Assembly (NCBI GenBank): GCA_050298055.1
Contig: JBNKTL010000002.1
Location: forward strand, 32,001 to 96,000
DNA: 64,000 bases
Direction of reading: 5' to 3'
DNA from: Spirochaetota bacterium
GTDB lineage: Bacteria; Spirochaetota; UBA4802; UBA5550
Each line of letters opens with the position of its first letter. The first letter of the stretch is position 1. The notes below the pieces were generated by a model. That model was not told the DNA's origin, did not search any database, and was given only the letters and a program-made list of their open reading frames with translations. The translations under genes and the position numbers were made by a program. Below, in pieces: positions 25,938 through 36,694 of the stretch.

Positions 25938-26477
25938 TTATAACTCACCCCATTCTTTCAGGAGTGAAAGTGTTTCTGTAAAAGAGACAAGGGACGCTTC
26001 AAGTGAAACAAGGGCCTCATCTGTATATCCGTCAACAAGCTCTGACCAGGCCCTTGCCACAGACCGTTCCCCCGCGGAGAAACGGGTCACGATATCCGCC
26101 TCCGCCCTGAAACCGTAGAGTATACCTATTGATTCCCTGTTCTCCACAAAATGCATGGCTGCCGACTGAATATCCTCAATCCCTTTTTTCAGCTCGTCCC
26201 TGTCGATATCAGAATTCCTGTAGGAATAGAGAAGTTCGGATACATTGTTCTCAATTCCGGAAATGGTAATCGGGAAAAAGCTCTCCGGTTTTATATCGCC
26301 TCCCCGGGAAAGCCTGATTGCTTCCCGCCCCTTCATGCTTTTTCTTGAAAGAAGTGCCCCGGCTGCCGCAACCGAAGCAGAGAGTGCAAAAACGGGCCAG
26401 TTTATCCTTTCAGGGACTGCAGATAACGATGAGAGGATGACCCCAATAATGAAAAGAACCGTGCCTGTATATTTCAT
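25938..26477 (-). CDS. Hypothetical membrane protein coupled to the OPT transporter
   Basis: Two N-terminal TM segments and a helical C-terminus; 4-bp overlap with the OPT gene. Confidence 0.75.
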   Translation of the reverse strand: MKYTGTVLFIIGVILSSLSAVPERINWPVFALSASVAAAGALLSRKSMKGREAIRLSRGGDIKPESFFPITISGIENNVSELLYSYRNSDIDRDELKKGIEDIQSAAMHFVENRESIGILYGFRAEADIVTRFSAGERSVARAWSELVDGYTDEALVSLEASLVSFTETLSLLKEWGEL

Positions 26478-28201
26478 CCCCGTACCATCCTGTAAAGGGA
26501 ATAGACCAGCTCAGTCAATGCCTCACCGATTATCAATCCCGCTGCAAGAGGCACAAGCTTCTCTTCAATAAATTTTCCCGGCCTGTACCTCTCAATGACC
26601 AGGGAGATAAGGCTTCCCGCTCCAAACCCCAGTGTAATTGAAAACGGGAGGTACATGGAGAGGCCTATGAGGACGGCAACCCCGCTTATGGGGAAAATTG
26701 AAATAATCCCGCCCAGGACGCCCCCGGCAATATACTTGTCAAGGGGCACATTTCCGGTGATGATCCCGTCAAGTATTCCCCTCAGCGCTCCTGCCTGTGG
26801 TGCGGAAAGACAGTCCGGGAGGCCCTTTATGCATGCTTCACTCTCCGGTCCGAAACCGGGGCCGCCGGAGGGGCTGTTCCAGAGGAGAGAGATAGTGGCT
26901 ATTGCCACTACAGGCCCTATCCATGCAACGGCAAACTGCACAAGCTGCTGCTTTGCCGGAGAGGCGCCAACCAGGTGTCCTGTTTTAAGGTCCTGCATCA
27001 TGTCAGCACACTGGCTTGTGGCCACACAGACCGCCACACTTATCATGACGGATACCACTACGTTGTTGCCCGTAATCGCCATCATGAGGGTTACGGCAAT
27101 AAGCGCAAGACCGGAGATGGGTGATATATCTGTCATTCCGGTACACTGGGCCACTATAAGACCGGCAATCCCTATCCATACAACACCTGTTATCCCTGCA
27201 AGCAGTGACTCCCAGATGCCCATATTTTCACCGGAAAGCGCCGTGATAAAGAGAGATGCCAGGGAGAGAACAAAAACTGCTCCCAGGAACCTGGTACTGA
27301 TTCTTTCGTTATTCGCCGCCCCCTTGCTCCCTGCGGATACTGCAGAGAAGAGAGAAGAGAACGCGCTTTTAATAGCGGGAAATGCCGCAGCCACACCTCC
27401 AAGGGCTCCGCCTATAAGGAGCCCTATGCCAACAGGCCTGAGCATTGAGAGATAGATATAGCTTTTCAGTTCATGGGCGCCGGTGCTTTCCGGTATCCAG
27501 TGAAGGTTTACTGCTGCCGGTGCGATAATCCAGTATGAAAGCATTCCTCCCAGTGCAAAAGGAAGACCTCCCCTTCCCGCCAGCATCCCCGCGCCAATAT
27601 TCATGAGACTCAATGAGATAAAACCCTGCATATATTCGGGAAGCCCTAACCACCTGCCATAGGGAATTGAATCAGGAATGAGACCGGTTTTGACCGCTAC
27701 CACAGCCACAAGTGAAATAATTGCCCCCGCAAGGAGAAGAACCGCCCTTCCGGTTCCTGCTCCCGGGGAAGTAAGAATGGCGGCAACGGCAGTTCCGGTA
27801 GGAAAGCGGAGTCTGTCTATCTCTATCATCTGTCTTCTCAGGGGGATGATAACAAATATTCCCAGAAAGGAACCTGCAGTTGCAGCCAGCACCATGTATC
27901 CGAAACTAAATTCCCTTCCCATGAGCATGAGTGCCGGCAGGGTAAAGATAATACCGGCACTGGCAATATTCACACCACTTGCAACTGTCTGGTTTATATT
28001 GTTCTCAAGGATTGTTCCCTTTCTCATTATCCCCCTGAGAAAAAGAAAACCGAGAATTGCGGCTATTGATGAACCGCCGATGGTGAACCCGAGCTTAAGG
28101 CCTGCATAGACAAAGGACATGGTCATGAGAATCCCGAGAATGGTTCCAAAAACCACTGAGGGAACGGTGATCTCTCTGTACTTTCCTTTCCTTTCCTGCA
28201 T
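26474..28201 (-). CDS. OPT/YSL family oligopeptide transporter
   Basis: YAGLKLG, ENNINQTVAS, LRFPTGTAVA, DMMQDLKTGHLVGASP..QQ and AAGLIIGEAL. Confidence 0.93.
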   Translation of the reverse strand: MQERKGKYREITVPSVVFGTILGILMTMSFVYAGLKLGFTIGGSSIAAILGFLFLRGIMRKGTILENNINQTVASGVNIASAGIIFTLPALMLMGREFSFGYMVLAATAGSFLGIFVIIPLRRQMIEIDRLRFPTGTAVAAILTSPGAGTGRAVLLLAGAIISLVAVVAVKTGLIPDSIPYGRWLGLPEYMQGFISLSLMNIGAGMLAGRGGLPFALGGMLSYWIIAPAAVNLHWIPESTGAHELKSYIYLSMLRPVGIGLLIGGALGGVAAAFPAIKSAFSSLFSAVSAGSKGAANNERISTRFLGAVFVLSLASLFITALSGENMGIWESLLAGITGVVWIGIAGLIVAQCTGMTDISPISGLALIAVTLMMAITGNNVVVSVMISVAVCVATSQCADMMQDLKTGHLVGASPAKQQLVQFAVAWIGPVVAIATISLLWNSPSGGPGFGPESEACIKGLPDCLSAPQAGALRGILDGIITGNVPLDKYIAGGVLGGIISIFPISGVAVLIGLSMYLPFSITLGFGAGSLISLVIERYRPGKFIEEKLVPLAAGLIIGEALTELVYSLYRMVRG

Positions 28202-28291
28202 ACTTTTCCCGAGGTAATTTTAGTGTATTGTCATCTGGATAATCGGAGGAGAATAAATGCAAGAAAGTTTTGGAAAGCCTATGAAACAAAA

Positions 28292-28377
28292 ATCCCCGCC
28301 GCCCAGGGCGGTGGGGACATATCAGTTATTTTTTTGTAAAAATTATTATTCTTATTACATAGCTGAGTAGTAGTTAC
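28292..28377 (-). mobile_element. MITE copy E (core plus one arm)
   Basis: TCCCCGCCGCC-CAG-GGCGGTGGGGAC core; arm ending ATAGCTGAGTAGTAGTTAC. Confidence 0.8.
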
Positions 28378-28385
28378 ATTACATT

Positions 28386-29267
28386 TTATTTCTTCTTATT
28401 CAGTTCCTTTTTAACCTTGTCCGCATAGACTATTGCCATTTTCTTCCCATGCTCTTTGAACATTTTTTCATGGAGTGTGGGAACAATAATATTGGCAACC
28501 ATAGGCGCATTTGCCGGTGTTGTCAGGAAATACTCCTTGAGATTAATAACGGGGTTGAGTTTCCTGTCAAAAAGTGTAGCGATGAAACTGGAACCTGAGG
28601 ACGCAACTCCTGACATTGGCCCCCCTATGGGCCCTGCGCATCCTTTACAGGTAAATGAAAAACCGGTGTCCTGTATGACAAGAATACCATCAACGCCGAG
28701 AGCTTTAATCGCATCTTCAAGGTATTTTTTTTCATCATCAGAACCCAGCAGTGCAGTGTTCATTCCCCATGCATCTTCGGATAATCCATACTGGTTGATC
28801 CCTTCCGGGGCAGATCCCTTCTTCGGCCCACTACCAATACCAAGCATCCCCATTGCACTTCCCATAACACTTTTTTTAACATCTGCTTTAGGCGGCTTAT
28901 ACAATGCTGCAAATGCTTTATTCCCTACTACTTCATTATAGCTCAAAATCCTGAAAGGCAGCCCCTGTTTATTTAACTCATCCACAAATGACTTGTAGGA
29001 TGTTGTTGCCGCCTTTATACCGTCTCCGTAAGAAGCTTGTTGTGCTACGGCAATAGCAACATCCTTTAAACTCCTGGGAGCTTTTTTCTTTGGGTCATCC
29101 CTGTACTTGATTTCAGGAGGCACTGTATACATAACCAGGGCGACCTTTTTAATTTTATTAATATTTTCCCTGTCAATCTTTACAGTCCAGGTTGAACAGC
29201 TTACTATCAGCACCATGCTGTAAACCAGAACCGTAACCAATACCCTTTTGAAGCCCGATCTTTTCAT
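28386..29267 (-). CDS. Lipoprotein of unknown function with a CxxC motif
   Basis: ATG 29267 with GAGGAG RBS; lipobox IVS-C; internal CKGC. Confidence 0.75.
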   Translation of the reverse strand: MKRSGFKRVLVTVLVYSMVLIVSCSTWTVKIDRENINKIKKVALVMYTVPPEIKYRDDPKKKAPRSLKDVAIAVAQQASYGDGIKAATTSYKSFVDELNKQGLPFRILSYNEVVGNKAFAALYKPPKADVKKSVMGSAMGMLGIGSGPKKGSAPEGINQYGLSEDAWGMNTALLGSDDEKKYLEDAIKALGVDGILVIQDTGFSFTCKGCAGPIGGPMSGVASSGSSFIATLFDRKLNPVINLKEYFLTTPANAPMVANIIVPTLHEKMFKEHGKKMAIVYADKVKKELNKKK

Positions 29268-29440
29268 ATTAATCCTCCTCTGAAAATTTAATAAAAATTC
29301 TTTTCTGGAAAATCCGTTATCTGAAAACTCAGGAGATCTCATATTTTTTTACTATCTTATAGAAAAATATTCAAGCTGTCAAAGTATTTTATCAATATTA
29401 AAAAAAAGATCCGCACATTCGCTGTTTATTGCCTGGGTTC

Positions 29441-30412
29441 CTACCACCTGATACCGGCATAGATCTCTGTGATTACACTGTCCACCCGGATCTCTGTGGC
29501 AGTTTTATCCTGAACATCGGACTTGAAGAATGTCATATCATTGGTAAGCATCGCTCCCATGAAAAACAGATCACTGTTAAATCCTACTGAAAGGTTGAGG
29601 TTATTTTTCCCAAATGGCTCTATGCTCTTTACCTCACCACCATCGTTTTCCTGTACCTTCTGCATAACACCCATACCCAGAAAAACCGCACCGGATATAA
29701 AGAAATTCCCGAGCACGAGGGTATAGCCCGCACCGGGAGCAAGAGCAACACCCGTATGCCTTCCTCCTCTGTACCCCCTGTCATCAGCGAAATTATCTTC
29801 CCGGGCAGGGGGAATCAGGGACCTGTCGCTGTCTATGTCGACCCGGGAAAATGATGCCATTGCCAGAAATGACCCGCCTGACTTCAGCTGCTTCTCTGTT
29901 TGAGTGAAGGAACTGTTCAGAGAGAAACTGTCAGAAAAGATATAGAAAAGATTGAGACCTGTGTTCATTATTTTCAGGTCCTTTCTTTTGGCAGTAGAAT
30001 CACCGGCAATATTTCCGTAGTCCCCGGGATTCTCCAGGTAAAATCCGCTGTACTTCTGAAAGTATGCACGAACCCCCAGGTGTCTCTTGAAATAATTCAA
30101 CCGGTAATCCAGATATTCCGTTTTGCCGTATTCCGATTCATCTTTTTGTGATCCATCAAGCTCGGTACCGAAGGAAAACCCAAAACCCATATATGAAACC
30201 CCGACTTTCCCGTTAGCCAGAGTGTTGGGCAGGAAAATAATCTCTTCCGAATCCCTTTCCACTGCAAGGTTAAGCGTAGGTCTGATACCGGAAACACGAA
30301 CGGTTATTTTGTCATTATAGGAAGTGTATGATTCACTTGCAGATGTTTGAACAGCTGCCAGGAAAACAGTCAGTATTGTTATGAGTAAGAAAATATTCTT
30401 TGATTTTATCAC
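29441..30412 (-). CDS. DUF4421-like outer-membrane protein
   Basis: Signal peptide; FQKYSGFY, RKDL, SFTQTEKQLKSGGSF and PGAGYTLV; C-terminal YAGIRW. Confidence 0.75.
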   Translation of the reverse strand: MIKSKNIFLLITILTVFLAAVQTSASESYTSYNDKITVRVSGIRPTLNLAVERDSEEIIFLPNTLANGKVGVSYMGFGFSFGTELDGSQKDESEYGKTEYLDYRLNYFKRHLGVRAYFQKYSGFYLENPGDYGNIAGDSTAKRKDLKIMNTGLNLFYIFSDSFSLNSSFTQTEKQLKSGGSFLAMASFSRVDIDSDRSLIPPAREDNFADDRGYRGGRHTGVALAPGAGYTLVLGNFFISGAVFLGMGVMQKVQENDGGEVKSIEPFGKNNLNLSVGFNSDLFFMGAMLTNDMTFFKSDVQDKTATEIRVDSVITEIYAGIRW

Positions 30413-30481
30413 AGGTCGTTATCCATATATTTTTTATAAGGATAACATAATTTTAATCAATGTCAAATAGTAAATAATTTC

Positions 30482-30622
30482 GCAGTCACTCAGCTCTGTA
30501 AAAAGAAAAATGAGATTTTATAAAAAAAAGGAAACTATTATGTCCCCGCCGCCAAGGCGGCGGGGACAATTGGTAATATTTTAGTCAATAGGTTAATTTC
30601 AGCCATATAGCTGAGTAATTGC
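30482..30622 (+). mobile_element. MITE copy F (full length, 141 bp)
   Basis: GCAGTCACTCAGCT...AGCTGAGTAATTGC ends; core TGTCCCCGCCGCC-AA-GGCGGCGGGGACA; perfect 8-bp duplication ATAATTTC at 30474-30481 and 30623-30630. Confidence 0.9.
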
Positions 30623-30635
30623 ATAATTTCTTTGT

Positions 30636-30675
30636 AAAAAAATGAGGGGTACTCCTTTCAGGGCACCCCTCATTT
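30636..30675 (-). terminator. Intrinsic terminator of the etf operon
   Basis: AAATGAGGGGT/ACCCCTCATTT stem with a T-run on the minus strand, 35 bp after the etfA stop. Confidence 0.75.
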
Positions 30676-30709
30676 AAATGAATTTAAATTTTGGAGAAGC
30701 TGTTATTTT

Positions 30710-31660
30710 CTATAATTTTTCCAGCATCGCCGGTAGCACTTCAAAGAGATCACCCACAATACCGTAGGTGGCAATATTGAAAATCGGCGCTTCGGGGTCT
30801 TTGTTTATGGCCACAATACACTGCGAGCCTTTCATTCCGGCAATATGCTGGATTGAACCTGATACACCTGCCGCAATATAAAGGTCCGGTGTTACGGTCT
30901 TCCCCGACTGTCCCACCTGCCGTGCCGCATCGGCCCAGCCCGAGTCCACAACAGGACGCGTAGCGGCATACTCACCGCCGAGCTTCTCGGCAAGAGGAAC
31001 GATGACTTCTTTATACTTATCGGCGTCCTTGACACCCCGGCCGCCGGTAACAATAATTTTCGCCTGGGAGATATCCACCGACCCCGCCATGGTCTCAATG
31101 GTCTCAAGAACCTTTGTTCTTACATCGCTAATTGAAGCAGATACTGGTTTTACTGTTCCTTCACTTCCCGCTTCGGCAGCAGGAAACGCGCCCTTCTCCA
31201 GGGTTAAGACAAATCGATCTGTCTTGACCTTCTTCTCTTCCTGTATCTTTCCGTTGTAGGTATTCCTGGTCAGTACAAGTTCCCCGCCCTCAACAACTGC
31301 CCTGTTGCAGTTTGAGACGATTCCCGCGCCCAGTGACATGGCAACCTTACCGGCAAAGTCAACACCATCATAGCTCTGGGCGATGAGAATACCCTTTATA
31401 TCTTCCGAATCAACCACTGCTTTTACAGCCTCGGTATATCCGTCTGACGTGTAATTTTCCAGTTTCGGGTCCGATACCGAAAGGACTTCGGGCATATACA
31501 TTGCAAGCTCCCCGGCAAGTGTATCATCTTTCCCAAAAACTGCTGCTGCAGGTTCGGCTCCCAGGCCGGCCGCTATATCCCTGGCCGCGGAACAGAGCTC
31601 CAGGGTTGCTTCCTTGAGTTCTCCGTTCCGGTGTTCTGCGATTACAAGTATCTTTGACAT
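30710..31660 (-). CDS. etfA: Electron transfer flavoprotein alpha subunit
   Basis: GGRGV and RQVGQSGKTVTPDLYIAAGVSGSIQHIAGM..S..IVAINKDPEAPIF. Confidence 0.96.
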   Translation of the reverse strand: MSKILVIAEHRNGELKEATLELCSAARDIAAGLGAEPAAAVFGKDDTLAGELAMYMPEVLSVSDPKLENYTSDGYTEAVKAVVDSEDIKGILIAQSYDGVDFAGKVAMSLGAGIVSNCNRAVVEGGELVLTRNTYNGKIQEEKKVKTDRFVLTLEKGAFPAAEAGSEGTVKPVSASISDVRTKVLETIETMAGSVDISQAKIIVTGGRGVKDADKYKEVIVPLAEKLGGEYAATRPVVDSGWADAARQVGQSGKTVTPDLYIAAGVSGSIQHIAGMKGSQCIVAINKDPEAPIFNIATYGIVGDLFEVLPAMLEKL

Positions 31661-31672
31661 TTGACTGACCTC

Positions 31673-32449
31673 CTATATGACCTTGGCTTCATTTTTTAAT
31701 TTGTCCAGCAGTGTCCCCGCTGCAGTTGCAGGATCACCCTCAATGATCTCCGCCTTGTGGTCCGCGACAGGAAAAAACATCCTCACAAACTCGGTTTGAG
31801 GTTCTGTTTCCGCTCCAAGGTCAGATGCCGTTTTCGCGTCAAGAGGTTTCTTCTTTGCCTTCATGATCCCGGGAAGTGTGGGATACCTCGGCTCGTTTAT
31901 ACCTGATTGTATTGAGAGCACAGCCGGCGCGCTGAGTTCAATGACTTCGTTCAGGCCGCCTTCAAGTTCCCTGTTGACCTTGAGACCTTTTTTGTCATCC
32001 GCGACTTCCAGCTTTACAACATTGGTGCAGTGGGGAAGTCCCATCATTTGGGCCATCATGGCTCCGGTAACTCCTGCCTGGTCATCTTCGGCCTGGACAC
32101 CGGTAAGCACCAGGTCTACGTCTCCCATATCCTCCACCGCCTTAACCAGTGCGGATGCCACAACAGAGTTATCTCCCGATTCAACAACGGGATCATTTAT
32201 ATGAACACCCCGGTCGGCACCCATTGCAAAGGCCTGCCGTATGTCCTTCACCGCCCTGTCAGGCCCTGACGTAACAATGACGACCTCCCCTCCGAACCTC
32301 TCCTTCAGCTGAAGGGCCGCTTCAACGGCATAGTTATCGAAGTCGTTTATTTTGAAAGCCATTTGCGATTCATCAACGCTCTTTTCGTCAATGATCTTGA
32401 ATTTTGATTCCATGTCGGGAACCTGCTTCAAACAAACTGCGATTTTCAT
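31673..32449 (-). CDS. etfB: Electron transfer flavoprotein beta subunit
   Basis: VCLKQVPD, AVEAALQLKE, AMGAD, RELEGG and NEPRYPTLPGIMKAKKK. Confidence 0.96.
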   Translation of the reverse strand: MKIAVCLKQVPDMESKFKIIDEKSVDESQMAFKINDFDNYAVEAALQLKERFGGEVVIVTSGPDRAVKDIRQAFAMGADRGVHINDPVVESGDNSVVASALVKAVEDMGDVDLVLTGVQAEDDQAGVTGAMMAQMMGLPHCTNVVKLEVADDKKGLKVNRELEGGLNEVIELSAPAVLSIQSGINEPRYPTLPGIMKAKKKPLDAKTASDLGAETEPQTEFVRMFFPVADHKAEIIEGDPATAAGTLLDKLKNEAKVI

Positions 32450-32482
32450 ATCTATCCTCCTCTCTAAAAAAAGTGTCGTTTG

Positions 32483-33682
32483 CTATTTAATATTTTCAAT
32501 AAGGACGGCTGCTCCCATGCCGCCGCCCACGCAGAGGGTCGCGATACCATACTTCGAACCTCTTCGCTTCATTTCATATATCATCGAGAGAATAATCCGC
32601 GCGCCGGTACATCCCACGGGATGACCCAGTGCGATCCCCGAACCGTTTACATTGACCCTCTCCCTGTTCAGCCCGAGCCCTTTCTCGCAGGCAAGGTACT
32701 GGGCGGCAAATGCTTCATTCAGCTCCATGATATCAATATCATCCATTTTCATGCCGGTCTTTTTCAAAAGTTTTTCAACAGCGGGGACCGGTCCATATCC
32801 CATGAGATGGGGCTCTACTCCCGCAACAGCATTGGCCACTATCCTCGCCAGGGGTTTTATCCCCGCCTTTTCGGCCTTCTCCATTGATGATATGACCAGG
32901 GCGGCAGCCCCGTCATTTAAGCCGGAAGAGTTTCCCGCCGTAACGGTACCATCCTTTTTAAATACGGGCTTAAGCTTCGCAAGTGATTCAGGAGTCGCGT
33001 CCCGCCGGGGATGCTCGTCGGTATCAAAGAGAGTGACCTTCCCTTTACGGCCAACGATCTCAAAGGGGACTATCTCATCTCTGAACTTTCCCGCGTCTAT
33101 GGCTTCTACGGCTTTCCTGTTGCTCTCAAATGCAACCCGGTCCTGCTCCTCCCGGGAAATAGTGTACTTTTCCGCAAGGTTTTCCGCGGTCTGTCCCATG
33201 ATGTACGCCTCGCCCAGAAGGCCGCTTCCGGAATGGAGCATGTCCCACATGGAATCGGTCATCTCCGAGTGCTGGAGACGGGCGCCCCACCTGGCTTTTT
33301 TAAACACATAGGGCGCGTTGCTCATGGATTCCGTACCCCCCACAAGAACCAGTGACGAGTCACCGGCCTTTATCTGCTGGGACCCGAATATCAGCGCCTG
33401 CATCCCCGAGGCACACTGTCTCTGGATCGTGACCGCAGGGACCTCAATGGGGATCCCCGCTTTAAGGGCGGCAGTCCTTGCTGTGTTTGCCTCATCGCAC
33501 ACCTGCATACAGTCACCCATGATCACATCATCAAGTTCACCCGCATCTATTCCCGCCCTCTTCACGGATTCAGCAATAACCGCCGCTGCCAGTTCATACG
33601 CCCGCACATCCCTGAGAGTGCCGCCGAATGTCCCTATTGCCGTCCTGCTTCCTGAAAGTATTACTACATCTCTATTGCTCAT
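32483..33682 (-). CDS. Acetyl-CoA C-acyltransferase (thiolase)
   Basis: [25 protein letters not shown] and TLCVGGGMG. Confidence 0.96.
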   Translation of the reverse strand: MSNRDVVILSGSRTAIGTFGGTLRDVRAYELAAAVIAESVKRAGIDAGELDDVIMGDCMQVCDEANTARTAALKAGIPIEVPAVTIQRQCASGMQALIFGSQQIKAGDSSLVLVGGTESMSNAPYVFKKARWGARLQHSEMTDSMWDMLHSGSGLLGEAYIMGQTAENLAEKYTISREEQDRVAFESNRKAVEAIDAGKFRDEIVPFEIVGRKGKVTLFDTDEHPRRDATPESLAKLKPVFKKDGTVTAGNSSGLNDGAAALVISSMEKAEKAGIKPLARIVANAVAGVEPHLMGYGPVPAVEKLLKKTGMKMDDIDIMELNEAFAAQYLACEKGLGLNRERVNVNGSGIALGHPVGCTGARIILSMIYEMKRRGSKYGIATLCVGGGMGAAVLIENIK

Positions 33683-33684
33683 AC

Positions 33685-35553
33685 CTACTCCTTAATTGCT
33701 CCTGTAAATACCGGCGCCGTCGCCTCTGTGACGGAACTGTCACCGGAAAGAATATACTCCGCCAGACTGAAAAAACTCCGGATCTCCGCTCCGAGAAAAA
33801 ACTGCCCGGAAAGGACCCTGCCCGTATAGAAGGCCGCCTCACTGTTCTCCTCGAGGAATGCCTCCAGGTCTTCGGGCTGTGAATCACCGAGCACTCTATC
33901 CCGCTCGGGAAGGGCCCTGGTCAGTCCCTTGAGGTGCATCCACCCGTACGTGAGTATGGCAAACGCCTTCTGAAGAGGGGTGGCATGGGCGAAGAGATGA
34001 CTGATATCCCCTTTGCCGAACCTCTCCCCTAAATGTTTAATGATCTCATCCATTTTTTCAAGCGCCCGGCTGATGACCGATATATATTTCTCGTCAACGA
34101 TTCCCTTTGCAGCCTCAATATCTTCCGTTATCTTCTTCTTATAAACTGAATAGTTATACTGGTTCTCATTCATAAGAAGCTTTCTCATTAAGAGATCAAT
34201 AGACTGTATTCCATTGGTACCCTCGTAGAGTGAGAGGATCTTCGCGTCCCGGGCATACTGCTCAACCGGGTACTCACTGATGTAACCGTATCCCCCGTAA
34301 ACCTGGATGGCATCGGCGGTAACCTCCCAGGCCTGGTCGGTATTTCCCGCCTTGCAGACAGGGATGAGAAAATCGAGAAGGCCTGCGGCTTCCTTCTTTT
34401 CATCATCATTACCCGCCCTCCGGAGATCCTGGAGAAATCCGCAGAAATAGGTAAGGGACCTCATTGCCTCGACCCTGGATTTCATGGAGAGGAGCATGCG
34501 CTTAATGTCAGGATGTTTCACAATGGCAACCGGGGAGGGATCCTGACCTCCCGCCATGTTTCTGCTCTGTACGCGGCTGCCGGCATAAGTGACCGCGTGC
34601 ATGTATGCGGCACTTGAGACAGCCATCCCCTGGAGGCCCACAAAGAGCCTGGCCTCGTTCATCATCTCAAACATGATTTTCATCCCCTGCCGCTCTTTGC
34701 CCATGAGGACTCCCCGGCACTTTTTATCATCCCCGAACATCAGGGTGCAGGTGGCGCTGCCGTGAATCCCCATCTTCTCCTCGATACCGGCACAGACAAC
34801 GTCATTGGTACTACCGGGAGAACCGCCCTCATCAATACTGAATTTCGGAACAACAAAGATGGATATTCCCTTTGTTCCGGGAGGGTCTCCCTCTATTCGC
34901 GCCAGCACCGGGTGGATGATATTCTTATAGTAGTTGTTATCTCCGTTGGAGATAAAGATCTTCTGACCGGTTATGGAATAATCTCCCTCTTCATTTATTA
35001 CCGCCTTTGTTTTCAGGGCCCCCACGTCCGAACCGGCCTCCGGCTCCGTGAGGCACATGGTACCTCCCCATTCCCCTGAAAGCATCTTTTCGATTATGGT
35101 GTCCCTGAGATTTCCCTCTTCAAGAAAGTGGACATACATATTAAGAGCACCTTTTGAGAGCATGGGGTACATCCCGAACGCGCAGCTTGCCGATGAAAAG
35201 TAATCGGTAACCACATTATCCAGCACAAAGGGCATTCCCATGCCACCCGCCTCCTGTTTGAAGTGAAGCCCCATGAAACCCGCCTCATGGTACGCGTCAA
35301 GCCCCTCCCTGTACGCTTCGGGGATCCTGACCTCTTTTGTTCCGGGATCGAATATGCAGTGCTCCCGGTCACCCTCCGCATTGGCAGGATAAACCTTATC
35401 CACGGCAATGGTCTCGGCAAGGTCTACAACATCTTCAAATGTTTCCCTGTCAAACTCGCTGTACATCGGGTATTCTGTAAGTTTTTGGACCCCCAGGACC
35501 TCAAAGAGTATAAACCTCACATCCCGTGAATCGACTATTGGGTTAAGTTTCAT
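33685..35553 (-). CDS. Acyl-CoA dehydrogenase (long type with C-terminal extension)
   Basis: [40 protein letters not shown] and YEGTNGIQ. Confidence 0.95.
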   Translation of the reverse strand: MKLNPIVDSRDVRFILFEVLGVQKLTEYPMYSEFDRETFEDVVDLAETIAVDKVYPANAEGDREHCIFDPGTKEVRIPEAYREGLDAYHEAGFMGLHFKQEAGGMGMPFVLDNVVTDYFSSASCAFGMYPMLSKGALNMYVHFLEEGNLRDTIIEKMLSGEWGGTMCLTEPEAGSDVGALKTKAVINEEGDYSITGQKIFISNGDNNYYKNIIHPVLARIEGDPPGTKGISIFVVPKFSIDEGGSPGSTNDVVCAGIEEKMGIHGSATCTLMFGDDKKCRGVLMGKERQGMKIMFEMMNEARLFVGLQGMAVSSAAYMHAVTYAGSRVQSRNMAGGQDPSPVAIVKHPDIKRMLLSMKSRVEAMRSLTYFCGFLQDLRRAGNDDEKKEAAGLLDFLIPVCKAGNTDQAWEVTADAIQVYGGYGYISEYPVEQYARDAKILSLYEGTNGIQSIDLLMRKLLMNENQYNYSVYKKKITEDIEAAKGIVDEKYISVISRALEKMDEIIKHLGERFGKGDISHLFAHATPLQKAFAILTYGWMHLKGLTRALPERDRVLGDSQPEDLEAFLEENSEAAFYTGRVLSGQFFLGAEIRSFFSLAEYILSGDSSVTEATAPVFTGAIKE

Positions 35554-35597
35554 TTACCAACTCCTGCACTTAATATATTTATCATTACAACTCTGCT

Positions 35598-36284
35598 CTA
35601 TGGTAAAATATCTGCCGGGCTGTCATTATCAGCCGCCACCTTGAGCCTGATGCGCGCGGACCTGTTAGATTTTCCGGCACCGAACATGGCCATATCATAA
35701 ATCCGGTCCGCGTATTCCAGGAGATCATCCTCCCTGTCTATTAAAAGCCACCTGATAACAATATGCTCAATTGTCCCGAGAATACCCGACCTGAGAAGCG
35801 CGGGATCAATATCCTTTTTGATTTCACCTGTTTCAATACCCTCCTTAATAATATCAACAAGCAGATTAAAGATGCATCGGATTATATCATGGGCTTCGGT
35901 CTCACTGAACTTCCTGTTATGTTTAAGGTTCAGGAGATACATTGAAGCATAGTGAGGATGGCTCATATAAAAGGATATGGTGAAGTAGATAAATGCCCTG
36001 ATCCTGCTTCCCGCGTCCCTTACAGACTTGAGATTAAACTCTATGAGCTCTTTAAATTTTCGTGTAGTTGCTACAGGTATGGAGAAGAGGAGTTCCTCTT
36101 TGGTGGAAAAATACTCGTAGATTGTGGTATCGGAGAGTCCGGCCTCCCGTGCAACATCTGAAATTGTTGCCTCCTGGTACCCTTTCTGGGCAAAAACCTT
36201 CTCAGCAGAATTCATAATATGCTCTTTCCGTAATTCCGCCTTGTTTGGAACAGCCCCCTCTTCTTTTCTTGAGTTATTATTCAT
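35598..36284 (-). CDS. TetR/AcrR-family regulator heading the beta-oxidation operon
   Basis: FAQKGYQEATISDVAREAGLSDTTIYEYFSTKEEL. Confidence 0.92.
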   Translation of the reverse strand: MNNNSRKEEGAVPNKAELRKEHIMNSAEKVFAQKGYQEATISDVAREAGLSDTTIYEYFSTKEELLFSIPVATTRKFKELIEFNLKSVRDAGSRIRAFIYFTISFYMSHPHYASMYLLNLKHNRKFSETEAHDIIRCIFNLLVDIIKEGIETGEIKKDIDPALLRSGILGTIEHIVIRWLLIDREDDLLEYADRIYDMAMFGAGKSNRSARIRLKVAADNDSPADILP

Positions 36285-36409
36285 TTTATCGCCTTTATTT
36301 TTGCTTTAACTACGAATTTATTTATATTTCCTTACTATATATGTAATTTAATACAATATATCAATGTACGTCAATTTATATTTTTGATTTTCCTTACTTT
36401 TTGCTGTTT

Positions 36410-36441
36410 TTTTTAAGACCATCAGTTTTTAAGACCATCAG
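36410..36441. repeat. Perfect 16-bp tandem duplication
   Basis: TTTTTAAGACCATCAG twice, in the divergent tetR/hemE intergenic region. Confidence 0.8.
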
Positions 36442-36694
36442 GAAGAGTAAAAGAGTGTAAGAAAAGGAGATATGGGGATGGGGGGTTCTGTTTATCATTA
36501 AAAATAACTCATGATTTTTATTCACCGGATATTTTCTTTGTAGACAGTGATTTCAGGTAAATTTATTCTGACATAAAGGATGTTTCTGTTAATATTTTAA
36601 AGAATATCCGATGATCTGCAAAACCACGTCCTTGGCGGCATTTCCATGCATAAGACCGGGCAATAGGATAACATAATAAAACGGGGGTAACCGG

